Of a DNA stretch of 64,000 nt, positions 19,425-30,065 are shown in pieces. Origin of the DNA: Bdellovibrionales bacterium (GTDB lineage: Bacteria; Bdellovibrionota; Bdellovibrionia; Bdellovibrionales; UBA1609); contig CBDCMT010000001.1 of the NCBI GenBank assembly GCA_965219095.1, forward strand, positions 1,312,001-1,376,000. The letters are read 5' to 3'. Within the stretch, counting starts at the first letter, position 1; every line of letters starts with the position of its first letter. Under the pieces are notes generated by a model that had not been told where the DNA came from, did not search any database, and saw only the letters and a program-made list of their open reading frames with translations. A program made the position numbers and the translations under genes.

Positions 19425-20312
19425 ATGTTAAAATACCTTTTTCTGTCTTTTCGTATGAAAACATTGACAGCCTCTTTAGCTCCTATCCTTGTAGGAAGCA
19501 GTCTAGCTTTTTTTTACAAATCCTTTTCTTTTTCCCTTATGATCTGGACTTTTTTGTCTTCTGTGTGCATTCAAATAGGAACTAATTTGTTTAATGATGT
19601 CTTAGATTTTCAAAAAGGTGTAGATCATGAGGGAAGATTAGGTCCCTTAAGAGTAAGTCAAAATCAGTTTTTTACTGAAAAGCAAGTTTTCTTTATGGCC
19701 ATGGGTTTTTTTCTCCTTTCTATGTTATTTTCTATCCCTCTTCTTTTAAAGGGAGGCCTTTTGATTTTTCTAATAGGAGTTTCCGCTCTTACTTTTGGCT
19801 ATCTTTATACAGGAACTAAGTGGGCTTTATCATACACAGGTTTAGCCGAACCTTTTGTGATTTTATTTTTTGGAATTATTTCTGTAGGAGGTATGTTTTT
19901 TCTTCACACAGGATCGTATCATTTTGAAGTGTTTTTAGCTGGTTTACAAGTGGGTCTTGTTTGCACAACTCTCTTAGTCATCAACAATTTAAGAGATATA
20001 GAGTGTGATAGAAAAGCCTCTAAAAAGACTCTTGCAGTAAGGCTTGGGTTTCAAAAAGCTCGCTTTGAACTGTTATTTCTATATGTTTTAGCTTTTATTT
20101 TACAAATTTTTTGGATTGCTAAAGGATATAGTTTTGTTTTTTCACTTTCTTTTTTACTCATTCCCTTTTGCTTCCATCTTGTCTATAAAGTGTTCTCAAG
20201 CCCCCCTTCAAAAAAGTATAATGCATACCTAGCTGAGTCGTCTTTATTTCATATCTTGTTTTGTACTCTCTTAAGCCTTGAATTTCTAATTCCTTCTGGA
20301 GGACCTTTATGA
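19425..20312 (+). CDS. menA: 1,4-dihydroxy-2-naphthoate prenyltransferase
   Basis: R.KTL.AS, QIGTNLFND..DF.KG.D, NNLRD...D....K.TL. Confidence 0.93.
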   Translation: MLKYLFLSFRMKTLTASLAPILVGSSLAFFYKSFSFSLMIWTFLSSVCIQIGTNLFNDVLDFQKGVDHEGRLGPLRVSQNQFFTEKQVFFMAMGFFLLSMLFSIPLLLKGGLLIFLIGVSALTFGYLYTGTKWALSYTGLAEPFVILFFGIISVGGMFFLHTGSYHFEVFLAGLQVGLVCTTLLVINNLRDIECDRKASKKTLAVRLGFQKARFELLFLYVLAFILQIFWIAKGYSFVFSLSFLLIPFCFHLVYKVFSSPPSKKYNAYLAESSLFHILFCTLLSLEFLIPSGGPL

Positions 20313-21232
20313 AAAAGATAAAAAAATTGAATGGTTTTATTTACGATCTTGAAAGAAGAGATTTAAAAGGAACAAGATCAGGAATTTTATTACGTTATGA
20401 ATTTGAAGATGACTCTATAGGAGTAAGCGACTGCCACCCTTGGCTTGAAAGAGGAGATCCTTCTTTGAAACAGGTCATTTTGCTTTTGAAAGCCTGCAAT
20501 TTTTCTTCTCAACTTTTAAAAAGAAGCTATGAGATTGCTATAGAAGATAGCAAAAGTACCTTAAGAATTTTAGAAGAGAAAGATAAAATCAAAAGCCATA
20601 TAATAACACCTCTTGATGAAGACTTCCCCTTAGACTTTGATGTTTTAAAAATCAAGTTAGGGAAGGATATTGAAAATGAAATAAAAATCATAAAGAAAAA
20701 AAGAAGGCCACACCAAAAACTACGTCTTGATCTTAATTACAAAGTAACTAAAAAAAGATTTCTTAGCTGGATGTCAAAAAACCTTTCATGGCTTTCCTCC
20801 TATGTTGAGTTTATAGAAGACCCTTTTTATGAAGAAGAAAATGACTGGAGTATTTGCTATAAGAATTACAAAATACCTTTAGCTTGGGATTATAATGAAA
20901 AAGGGCCTCAAGTTTTAGATTCTCAGTTCCTTGTTCTCAAACCAGCTCTTATGTCCATAGACACCATGGACTTTACAAAACCCTTTGTTATCACTTCCTA
21001 TTTAGCACATCCCATAGAACAAGTATCCTCTTACTATACAGCATGTAAAGTATCGAAAATCCATCCTAAAAATACCCTGTTCTGTGGTGTAATATCAAAT
21101 TTTTATAAAAAAAACATGTTTTCAGAAGTCTTAAGTACAGAAAACCAAAAACTTTGTTTTCCTAAGGAAAGACATTGGGGTTTTGAGAAAATTTTGAAAG
21201 GTCTAAAGTGGAAATCAATTGGCAGTCTTTAG
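20309..21232 (+). CDS. menC: o-succinylbenzoate synthase (divergent enolase-fold)
   Basis: LKIKLG, LRLDLN, FIEDP, LAWD, LVLKP; operon position. Confidence 0.75.
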   Translation: MKKIKKLNGFIYDLERRDLKGTRSGILLRYEFEDDSIGVSDCHPWLERGDPSLKQVILLLKACNFSSQLLKRSYEIAIEDSKSTLRILEEKDKIKSHIITPLDEDFPLDFDVLKIKLGKDIENEIKIIKKKRRPHQKLRLDLNYKVTKKRFLSWMSKNLSWLSSYVEFIEDPFYEEENDWSICYKNYKIPLAWDYNEKGPQVLDSQFLVLKPALMSIDTMDFTKPFVITSYLAHPIEQVSSYYTACKVSKIHPKNTLFCGVISNFYKKNMFSEVLSTENQKLCFPKERHWGFEKILKGLKWKSIGSL

Positions 21233-22293
21233 ATAATTACCTTCTTTTTAACAAAAAGCTTTCCTCTTTATGGAAAGATGTTTTAGATCTTAAAAGATTT
21301 CCGTCTTTAAAGAAAGCTTGTGTATGGCTCTTAACTTCTGGGACGACAAGTTTTAAAAAAGATTCTCTTCGGTTTGTAGCTTTGTCTAAGGAAGCTTTGC
21401 TAAATTCAGCACAGTCAGTTAATGAAACTTTTGACATTAAATCGAATGAAAGATGGCTTTGTAAGCTCCCCTTGTTTCATGTAGCAGGACTTTCTATTTT
21501 AGCAAGAGCTTTTCTTTCACAAAGTGAGGTTTATTTTTCAGAAAAATGGGATCCTTTTTTATTTGTAAAAGAAGCTAGAGGGTTTCACTTAACCTCTCTA
21601 GTCCCGCAACAAGTTTATGACCTTGTATCTTTTAACCTGAAAGCTCCCCGTTCTTTAAGAATGGTTTTTGTAGGGGGGGGGGCTTTAAACGAACATATAA
21701 GACAGAAGGCGTTACAACTTAACTGGCCTCTTTACATCTCTTATGGTTTAACAGAACTTTCCTCTCAAATAGCTACAGCAAGAAAACCCTTTTCTTCTCA
21801 AATGAAACTCTTAAAGCATGTAAAAGCCCGTTTGTCTCAAGAAGGTTGTTTACAACTTTGTTCGCCCTCGCTTTTTTCTGCTTATATAAGAGTTTTTTCA
21901 GATAAAAGAATTATTCTAGAAGAACGAAAAAATGATTGGTTTGAAACAAAAGACATAGCTTCATTAGAGGAAGACGTTCTTTTTATAAAGGGCCGTAAAG
22001 ATATGAAAAAAAAGATCTCAGGAGAGCTTATAGACCTTGAAAAATTGGAGGTTGTTTTAGAGGATATTCTTCTTTCTCGAAAACTTCCTCTCTTTAAGAG
22101 CTTTCTTAAGTTAAAAAGATACGATAGAAAAGGTTATAGCATTGAGATGGTTTGTGAAAAAGAACTTCAGAAAAAAGCTTCTCTGATTTTTTGTGAATTT
22201 AACAAAAAGGTTATGCCTTTTGAGAGAGTTTCTAGACTTGAGTTTGTGGACAGTATAGAAAAAAGTGATTTAGGAAAGGTTCTTAGATGTTAA
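21208..22293 (+). CDS. menE: o-succinylbenzoate-CoA ligase (short AMP-binding enzyme)
   Basis: LTSGTT, LPLFHVAG, SYGLTE, IKGRKD. Confidence 0.88.
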   Translation: MEINWQSLDNYLLFNKKLSSLWKDVLDLKRFPSLKKACVWLLTSGTTSFKKDSLRFVALSKEALLNSAQSVNETFDIKSNERWLCKLPLFHVAGLSILARAFLSQSEVYFSEKWDPFLFVKEARGFHLTSLVPQQVYDLVSFNLKAPRSLRMVFVGGGALNEHIRQKALQLNWPLYISYGLTELSSQIATARKPFSSQMKLLKHVKARLSQEGCLQLCSPSLFSAYIRVFSDKRIILEERKNDWFETKDIASLEEDVLFIKGRKDMKKKISGELIDLEKLEVVLEDILLSRKLPLFKSFLKLKRYDRKGYSIEMVCEKELQKKASLIFCEFNKKVMPFERVSRLEFVDSIEKSDLGKVLRC

Positions 22294-22997
22294 GGGATGA
22301 GTTTCTTCAGTTTAATAATTCATTTTCAAGAAGTCTTGAGTTTTTTCTTAGGAAAAAAAAGCCTTATATAAGAATGTTAAAACAAAACTCGCCTCTTATT
22401 TATGTTGACTTTCATGAATCAAAACCTAAAGAAGTTTCTTTAAAACAAATTTTTTCAAAGGCTTTAGGCCTAAATCATGGAGTGGAGAGTGTTTTAGATG
22501 CTACAGCAGGCTGGGCTAATGACTCTCTTTTTATGTTAGCTTGTAAAAATTCACTCAAGGTTACAGCCTTAGAATCCCACCCTCTTGTTTACTACATGTT
22601 AGCAGAAGAGCTAGAAAGACATCGTAACCAAGACAACCCTTGGAGCAAAACCCTTTCTAAAAATTTCAAGATTTTACATAAAGAAGCTCACTCCTACCTT
22701 GAAAAGAGCAATAAAATTTATGATACAATCTACTTAGATCCCATGTTCTTTAATACTAAAAAAACTCTCAGTTCTAAGAAAATTCAGTGTTTAGAGCTCT
22801 TACAAACTTCACACCCTAACCCTCACAAGGAAAACCTCTTCTCTCAGGCTTTGAAGAAAGCCCTTCGAAGGGTCGTTGTCAAGAGGCCTTTAAAATCCTC
22901 TCAAGCATTACATCCTAAACCTTCTTTGAGTTTTAAAGGAAAGTCACTAAGGTATGATGTTTATCTTGTTAATTCAAAAAGAAATCAGGATCGTTAA
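22287..22997 (+). CDS. rsmJ: RsmJ-family SAM-dependent methyltransferase (16S m2G1516)
   Basis: VLDATAG..D, IYLDPMF, RVVVKRP, RYDVY. Confidence 0.85.
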   Translation: MLRDEFLQFNNSFSRSLEFFLRKKKPYIRMLKQNSPLIYVDFHESKPKEVSLKQIFSKALGLNHGVESVLDATAGWANDSLFMLACKNSLKVTALESHPLVYYMLAEELERHRNQDNPWSKTLSKNFKILHKEAHSYLEKSNKIYDTIYLDPMFFNTKKTLSSKKIQCLELLQTSHPNPHKENLFSQALKKALRRVVVKRPLKSSQALHPKPSLSFKGKSLRYDVYLVNSKRNQDR

Positions 22998-22999
22998 CC

Positions 23000-24646
23000 A
23001 TGAACCATCTTATGCCATTCATTCCACCTCGCCTACCTGAAGCTTTATTTTTTATACTTATTTTATTCTTCTTATTTGTCTTTCAATTTTTCTTTTTAAG
23101 GTTCTCCCGGAGCTTTCAGAATTTAAACGAAAAAGCATTTGTAAAGCTTATTAACAGTTTAGGGAATAATAACCTCCTTCTTATGGCTTCTTCTTTGGGA
23201 ATTTCCTTTTTTACTCAGTCCTCTAGTGCCGTTAACGCTATGAGTTTGGCACTATCGCGCTCAGGTCTTTTAAGCTTCAAACAAACTGTAAACCTTCTTT
23301 TATGTTCTTACTTTGGGCCTCTTATAACACTTTTTATAATTCTTTCTATTCTACTTTCATCTCAAGTTTATTTGTTTTTTCTCTTACCTATAATTTTTGT
23401 AAGCTTCATTTTGCTACGGTTCAATTTAAATCAAGAACTTTCTAAGGCTCTTATTTATTTTTCTGCTCTGACGATCATCTCTCATATGGCTGTCACAGCC
23501 CTACAACATCCTTCATGGAATTTATATTTTTTAGAAGGCTCCTTTATCACAGATCATCTCTACAATCTTTCTTCTCACAAGATCCCTTTATTTTTAACTT
23601 GTATTCTTGTTTATTTTTTAACAGGAGCCAGCTTTGCGTGTTTGTCTTTTCTTGTTTTTTTAGACTTAAAGATGGGAACTCACTTTAGTTTAGTAGGATT
23701 TACAGGACTTTTGTTTGCAGGCTCTCTATGGGGACTTTTCGAAATCCGAAAAGGAGCTTTACAAGCTAAGAGGGCTGTATGCTTTCTTCTTCTCGTTCAT
23801 TGTATAGGACTTTTTTGTCTCTCTTACTTATGGTCCTACCTACCCCTCACATTTTTTGAAGAAGCTTACTCCTATGTGACATTTCATTTATTTTATGTTT
23901 TTTTCCTTATTTGCATAGGACTTTTTTTTCTGTATCTAGCAGGCTTTCTAGGTCTCTTTTCTAAGACACTTAAAAAGAGAGCTCAAAAACTAAAAGCCCC
24001 TCTTTTATCGAATCATTTTTCCTCAGTCTGGGCTCTTGAACAAATCCACCAAGAAGTAAAAAGAGCTTCAGTGAACATCTCTAATTTTTTAAACTTTAAT
24101 TTCTCAGCCTTAAGAGAGGATAACTTAGATGAGATTATCAATAAGCTTAAAAAATATGAAAGGATCATGAATTCTGTAAAAAGTGAGTTCTCCTCTTTTA
24201 TTTCCAAAGTAAGCACTTGCTCTCTTTCAAAGAAGCAAGGCAAAAAATTGAGAGGACTTATTTTGACTGTAGAAAATCTTGAAAGCTTATCTGATCATTG
24301 CCTAGAGTTTTTTCATAGCTATTCTGATCTAAAATACATGAATGTATCTATTGACAAAAAAATGGAGATCTCTTTGGAACAAACTTTAAAGAAAGTCATA
24401 AGCTACTATGAATCTGTTTTCATAGTTCTTTCAGAGCAAGGAAAACCCCCTCAAGGAGAAAGAGGCCGGAGAGAACAGCAGTTTTTATCCCAAAGTGAAG
24501 ACTTCAGAAAGCAACTCTTTGATTTTTTGTATGAAAAGAATTTATCTAAAGAGACAGCATTTTTACTTCAAAAGATGATTCTAAACCTTGAACTCATTCA
24601 AAAAGTTTCTAAGAAATTATTAAAAAACTATGCCGTTTACTTTTGA
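23000..24646 (+). CDS. Na/Pi cotransporter family membrane protein with PhoU-like C-terminus
   Basis: QSSSA motif, multiple TM segments, helical C-terminus with LE.L.DH. Confidence 0.75.
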   Translation: MNHLMPFIPPRLPEALFFILILFFLFVFQFFFLRFSRSFQNLNEKAFVKLINSLGNNNLLLMASSLGISFFTQSSSAVNAMSLALSRSGLLSFKQTVNLLLCSYFGPLITLFIILSILLSSQVYLFFLLPIIFVSFILLRFNLNQELSKALIYFSALTIISHMAVTALQHPSWNLYFLEGSFITDHLYNLSSHKIPLFLTCILVYFLTGASFACLSFLVFLDLKMGTHFSLVGFTGLLFAGSLWGLFEIRKGALQAKRAVCFLLLVHCIGLFCLSYLWSYLPLTFFEEAYSYVTFHLFYVFFLICIGLFFLYLAGFLGLFSKTLKKRAQKLKAPLLSNHFSSVWALEQIHQEVKRASVNISNFLNFNFSALREDNLDEIINKLKKYERIMNSVKSEFSSFISKVSTCSLSKKQGKKLRGLILTVENLESLSDHCLEFFHSYSDLKYMNVSIDKKMEISLEQTLKKVISYYESVFIVLSEQGKPPQGERGRREQQFLSQSEDFRKQLFDFLYEKNLSKETAFLLQKMILNLELIQKVSKKLLKNYAVYF

Positions 24647-24652
24647 TCTTCT

Positions 24653-26185
24653 GTAACTGCTCACCTACATTGTTCAGTTATCCCTAACTTTAGACCTGTT
24701 TTAAGATAAAAGTCTTGCTCTTACAGATTTTCTTTTAAATACTTTTTTCAAATGACAATAAATAAGACCTCCATCAGAAATGAGATTGAAAATATAAGAA
24801 GTGACTTTGATAAGCTTGCAAAGAAAGGTTCTGTGCCTACTGAGATTTCTGTGATTGTTGAATCTCTCTTTAAGGTTGTGAACATTCTGATTGTTGTGTT
24901 TTTAGAAAAACAGGTTCGAAAAAATTCCAGCAACAGCGGTCTTCCTCCTTCGCAAGATTTTAGTCGTCAAGGGAATCGTAATAAGAAAGCTAGTGGGAGT
25001 CAAAAAAAGGGCTCTAGACTTGATAACAGTAAAGATACAAACAGTGAGGAGACTGTCTCTCCCTCAGAGTGTTCTCAGTGTGGGATGTGTTTAAAGACAG
25101 CAGAGGTAAAAAGCCTTGAGAAGCGTAAAAAGATTGATATTTTTTATGAAATTCAGACCCATACTGTAACTTCTGAAGTTAAGGATTGTCCCTCATGTGG
25201 AGCTAGAAATAAAGGTCAATTCCCTAAAGGTATGAGTGGTCCTCTTCAGTATGGTATAGGCATTAGAGCTTCCATCATCAATTTCATTATAGTTCAGATG
25301 CTGTCTTTTAGAGCGTGTTGGGGAACATTACATGGGGCTTATAGGTCGAATGATTTCTCCTGCAGTTATGTTGAGATACATTGCTGAATTAGGAGAGTTT
25401 CTTAAAAGTTGGGAAGAGCAGATGAAAGAAAAGATACTTGAATCAGAGGTCATTCATGTTGATGAGACCTCTATGAGGGTTAAGGGTAAAAACTACTGGA
25501 TTCATACTTATAGTTCAGGAGAATTAGTCTTGCAGTTTCTCCACCTTTCAGGTGGAAAGGAAGCCATAAAAGATATTGGTCTCTTGGATAGATATGCAGG
25601 AGTGCTTGTGCATGATTGTTGGAGTCCTTACTTTTGTTATGATAAGATAACTCATGCTTTGTGTGTGGCTCACCTTTTGAGAGAGCTTAAATTTATAGAA
25701 GAAAGCAATGGATTCAAATGGGCTATAAATCTCAAAAAACTTCTTAAAGAGACTGTGGAGTTAGTTCATAAAAAAGAGTCAAGAGTTCTGACTCAAAAAG
25801 AGTACGAAACTCTTCAGAGAAGGTATAGGAGTATTCTTACAAAAGGCTTAAAAGAGCTTCCAGAATTTCCTAAGAAAAATGGCAAGAAAGGACGAATAAA
25901 GCATACACAAGCTCAAAACCTTTGGCTGCGATTTAAAAAGTATGAAGCAGAAATACTGTGCTTTGCTAAAAGAAAGAACGTAGATCCTACTAATAACAGA
26001 GCTGAAAGAGATCTAAGAATGACTAAAGTGAAAAAGAAAGTGTCAGGGTGTTTCAGAACAGAAGAAATGGCGAAATATTTTTGTCGTATTACCAGCTATG
26101 TTAAAACAATGAGAAATAAAGGGTATTCTTCTTTAGAAGCCATCTCTATGGCTTTAAATAAAAACTTACGAGAGTGAGCAGTTAC
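24653..26185 (+). mobile_element. IS66-family element (single-ORF ISBst12-like), frameshifted, copy 1
   Basis: IR GTAACTGCTCAC / GTGAGCAGTTAC; KNSSNSGLPPS, CxxC pairs, HVDET, HDCW, C.AHLLREL, TNNRAERDLR; ORFs 24752-25387 and 25332-26177. Confidence 0.93.
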
Positions 26186-26193
26186 AAAAAAAC

Positions 26194-26459
26194 AAGCTTC
26201 CCATGACTTGGCTTCGGCATTGGAAGAAATAAAGAGGTTAAAAAAGGAACTGGTCTATGAGAGGAAGAACGTGGTTATATTGAAAGAAGTAGCGACTTTT
26301 TTTTCAAGAGATTGTAGAGGGTTTAAACAACAAAGTAAAACTCACTATGAGAAAATCTTACGGTTTTAGAACCTATAAAGCTCTAAAAAAAAAGCTTTAT
26401 ATCACAGCATTGGAAAATTGCTAGAACCTTCGGGAACTCACAGATTCTTTTGAGGAGGC
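26194..26459 (+). mobile_element. Degraded IS3 orfA fragment fused to a degraded ISL3 right end
   Basis: AAGCTTCCCATGACTTGGCTTCGGC matches orfA; GATTGTAGAGGG...GAGGAGGC matches the ISL3 3' end. Confidence 0.8.
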
Positions 26460-26463
26460 AAAA

Positions 26464-27534
26464 TTATTTTCTTGCACAACTGTAATTTATAGTATAGGAG
26501 CCAGGATTAAGATGTGTTTCAAAAGTGATCTTGTCTTTATCTTGATTCAAAGTAAATTTGACTTGAGGATTAGGCTTGATTTCAATATCATCTTTAAAGT
26601 CACCATTGTCGTTGACATCTACAGACGAACATTCTAGAAAGATCTTTCTTGTAAGATCCTTTATAGACTCTGTAATCCCATCTAAAACTGTTGTGTAATC
26701 AAGACTACAAATATTTAGAATTTTCCCTGGAAGAATACCGTTTATAGGATCATTTGTATTTGATAACATTTCATAAAATCTTCCTTTCGCTGTTGTGTTT
26801 CTGCAAGATTCTTGAGAGGGGCTAACAATAGAATGAAACTGAAAAACTTTACTGTTTCCAAGAATAGCAACTTTTCTACTGATAAATTTTTGAACCAAAG
26901 AGGGAGATCCGTTAGATTCATCATTATCTGATATAAGAATGGAAATAAAATGAGCGTCTAGTCTTAAAAGATCATTTTGTGGGTATCTATCTTTATTCTC
27001 AAGAAAATTAATTAATGACTTTATACCTTGGTGTTCAGAAAATGGCTTAACAGATAAAATGGTCTGCTCTAGTATTTCTTGTTTTTTTCTATCAGAATAA
27101 GAATCTTGGTTCTTTAAAACGTATTTTTTAAAGTTTGATTCATTCCAAATTAAAGGCGTCATATTATAATTATTATATGCACCATTTGTAGACTGAATAG
27201 CAATCCTCCAATCTATGTTGTCTGCATTGAGTTTTTGAATGAATATGTTGATTCTATTAGATAAATGTTTTCTTTCATTCCGCATAGAACCCGAAGCATC
27301 AATGATAAATAAAAAATCAACAGGAACGGTTTCTTTGATCGTAAAGCTTTTTATTTTTTCTACAAAATCATGAGTGGCTTGAAGATCAAGTTCGACCCTT
27401 GTTGTATTTTCTGCCTTATCGTCATTTCTTTGCCCAAAATTGGTTTCAGAACATGAATTAAATAAAAAGGGTAAAGGAATGGATAAGATGATAAGAAAAC
27501 TTATGAAAATCTTTCTTATATGAATCTTTTTCAT
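26464..27534 (-). CDS. vWA-domain putative lipoprotein
   Basis: Signal peptide ending FNSC; MIDAS motif FIIDASGSM; ILISDND. Confidence 0.8.
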   Translation of the reverse strand: MKKIHIRKIFISFLIILSIPLPFLFNSCSETNFGQRNDDKAENTTRVELDLQATHDFVEKIKSFTIKETVPVDFLFIIDASGSMRNERKHLSNRINIFIQKLNADNIDWRIAIQSTNGAYNNYNMTPLIWNESNFKKYVLKNQDSYSDRKKQEILEQTILSVKPFSEHQGIKSLINFLENKDRYPQNDLLRLDAHFISILISDNDESNGSPSLVQKFISRKVAILGNSKVFQFHSIVSPSQESCRNTTAKGRFYEMLSNTNDPINGILPGKILNICSLDYTTVLDGITESIKDLTRKIFLECSSVDVNDNGDFKDDIEIKPNPQVKFTLNQDKDKITFETHLNPGSYTINYSCARK

Positions 27535-27609
27535 ATCTTCTTTTTCGACAGAAATGTCTCAAACCTTTAGTCTAAACCTTGTGTTTGTTTCTTTATCTTT
27601 GTTCCAGCT

Positions 27610-28045
27610 ATGGAGATGCGTCCTATTCCAACACGCACCAGTCCCATCAAGACCAGCTCCTAATGACCGTTTTTGATTCGACTATCCGAGACCTTAATCC
27701 ACCTTTTTTAGAAGACAGATCATCTCATGGTTTTATTCCTTGTTTATCAGGTTCTATCCGACTAACGAGCTTTTTTTTAACTCACCGAAAAGTGATCTGA
27801 GTTTCCTGATAAACCGAACGATCTAAATCATCACTGTTGCTTGCCATCCTCTTCGGCATTTTTTTACTTTTCTTTAGAGGTTGTTTTATTTTTTTGTTTT
27901 TTTGTCATATCTTTTTTAAGTTTTTTGTCTCATCTTTATTTCTATTTCTATCACTCAGCTATCCGTGTCTACAGCAGGAGGATTATGTCACCATCTTACC
28001 TTCTGCCCACATCCCATCTGGACTTCATTAACTTATACATTCAGT
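27610..28045 (-). ncRNA. Candidate bridge/seek RNA region in the IS110 right end
   Basis: Non-coding and locally GC-richer, with several stems and three CGGATAG motifs; function inferred from IS110 biology. Confidence 0.5.
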
Positions 28046-28544
28046 TGTCGAGCCCGAAGCTCATGGATTAAATACCTCCTTAACATCTCACACCCACTTC
28101 TCGTAATTGAACCTAACCTCTTCATCTCTCCACTTGAAAATTCCCTAGGAATTAAACCTAAATAACTTCCCCACTTATGAGCATCCGGAAAACGAGACAT
28201 TTCATCAAGAACTGCTATTAACCCGAGTTTCGACTTTTTTCAGGGCTAAAGGCTCTAGCTAATATAAACAAATACCTCAGACTTTTGTAAGATTTTCTTG
28301 AAAAAGCAACTTACAAGAAAAAACACCTTGAGAGTTATAAAAAAACATACAAGGAGGTCTAAGATGTTTAATTCTAATTATATCATATCAATTTATGTTC
28401 TTGTCGATGATTTTTTAACCCCTCTCATACAGCAGCATCCAGAACTGGTTTGCTAAAAATAAAGGAGGTTTTTCTTGTGCTATGTCTCCCAGCGAAATTG
28501 TCACTCTTTATCTTACTTTTCCAAAGTTCTGGCTTTAGGAATTT

Positions 28545-30065
28545 GCCTCCTCAAAAGAATCTGTGGGTTCCCGGAGGTTCTGGCAGTTTTCCAAGGTTAT
28601 GATATAAGGCGATTTTTATAGCTTTAGAGGTTCTAAAGCCGTAAGATTTTCTCATAGTGAGTTTTACTTTGTTGTTTAAACCCTCTACAATCCCTGAGGA
28701 GAAGGTTTTTTTAGCCTTGAAGTAATTAAGAATAAGTAGCTTATGTCTTCGTATGGTTTTTGCTTCTCTTTTCATAGGTTCAATTTTTGAAAGCATGACT
28801 CGTCTCGTCCAACTGTCTATAAATTTACCAGCCCAAGTTGGTGAAACATAGGTCCATAACTGTCGGAAGTCTTCTTTTAAAAAATAACAGCGGATACTTT
28901 TTAAATTGTACTGTATTAAATGCCTTAATTTTACTTTTTCATAAGATTTTAAATTTTCTGCATTTTTTAACAAGGGCCATCTAGCTTTTGTTAAAAGGGG
29001 TTCATACCCATCTTCTTTCATTTTTTTGTGTTCTGAAGCTCTCACTTCGTCTAAAGCCTTATTGAGTCTTGCTACGATATGAAACCGATCTAATATATTC
29101 AAAGCTTGACTTGCCCTTTCCTTTATTACTTTTAAATAGGGCTTCCACATATCAGAACACACAAACTGTATATCTTTTGACTTCTCTCCTAGTAAATCAA
29201 AAAACTTGTTGAAACTCTCCTCTGTTCTTTTTTCTCCTATCCATAGCAAACGAACACTTTCTTTGCTTATTTCATAGACTAAGGTGAGATACTGATGGTT
29301 CTTTTTCCATTGTATTTCATCTACACCTATAGCTTGTATTCCCTTTAAAACCCTTTGTTTTAAACCATATTCTACGACCCATTCTACCAAAGCATAGACC
29401 TGATTCCAACTGACATGAAACTTACAAGAAACCTCTTTCCAAGACAGGTGACGACACCAGTCAGCTAAGTACTTCATGTAAAAAATTGTTAGGTTTTTCT
29501 TCCCATCTGCCCAAGGTAAATACTCAACTTTTACTCCACAGCAAGAACAATTAACTCTTCTTACAAAATAAACAAAAAACACCCTGTAACTTAAAATAGG
29601 AAGGGATTCAAAGTCCCGTGATGATTTACTGCTGTCATACACTGAACAGGGCTTCTTACAAACACTACAAAAAGCTTGGCCATTTTTACGAGCCTTAATA
29701 GGAACATTAATTGACTTTCTATCTTTTGAAAAATAAATGTCTCCGTATACAAAAGACTTCCATCTTAAACAATCATTTAGTATAGTCTTCAAAAGCATCT
29801 CTTCCCTCCTTTTTTTTTTTTTTTGAATAACATTTTAAGGCATCTGGGAAGTAGGTGCTTCTTTTTTAAAATTTTAATGTAACACAGCAAATAAAAGCAA
29901 ATAAAATGAATGTTTTTGAGTTCAATCACCGGAGGTGATAGAGGCCAGTAAGGGCCTCAAAGAACTCAAAAATACAAGATAGAATGTCTTACTCTTACTT
30001 TGATTAATATGAGCTCTTTTGGGGGATTTCTACTACTTTTCACCCACAGATTCCCGGGAGGAGCC
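28545..30065 (-). mobile_element. ISL3 element (copy 2), 8-bp TSD AGGAATTT
   Basis: Same termini as copy 1; TSD 28537-28544 = 30066-30073. Confidence 0.95.
28551..29798 (-). CDS. ISL3 transposase
   Basis: 415-aa ORF with ISL3 motifs. Confidence 0.95.
   Translation of the reverse strand: MLLKTILNDCLRWKSFVYGDIYFSKDRKSINVPIKARKNGQAFCSVCKKPCSVYDSSKSSRDFESLPILSYRVFFVYFVRRVNCSCCGVKVEYLPWADGKKNLTIFYMKYLADWCRHLSWKEVSCKFHVSWNQVYALVEWVVEYGLKQRVLKGIQAIGVDEIQWKKNHQYLTLVYEISKESVRLLWIGEKRTEESFNKFFDLLGEKSKDIQFVCSDMWKPYLKVIKERASQALNILDRFHIVARLNKALDEVRASEHKKMKEDGYEPLLTKARWPLLKNAENLKSYEKVKLRHLIQYNLKSIRCYFLKEDFRQLWTYVSPTWAGKFIDSWTRRVMLSKIEPMKREAKTIRRHKLLILNYFKAKKTFSSGIVEGLNNKVKLTMRKSYGFRTSKAIKIALYHNLGKLPEPPGTHRFF

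Noticed and set aside
28006..28024. CCA-N9-TG motif as a TIGR-type guide array
   Set aside because: Only one unit has that spacing; there is no regular periodic array
27579..28165. Plus-strand ORFs 27579-28165
   Set aside because: Low-complexity frames antisense to the IS110 right end and recombinase remnant
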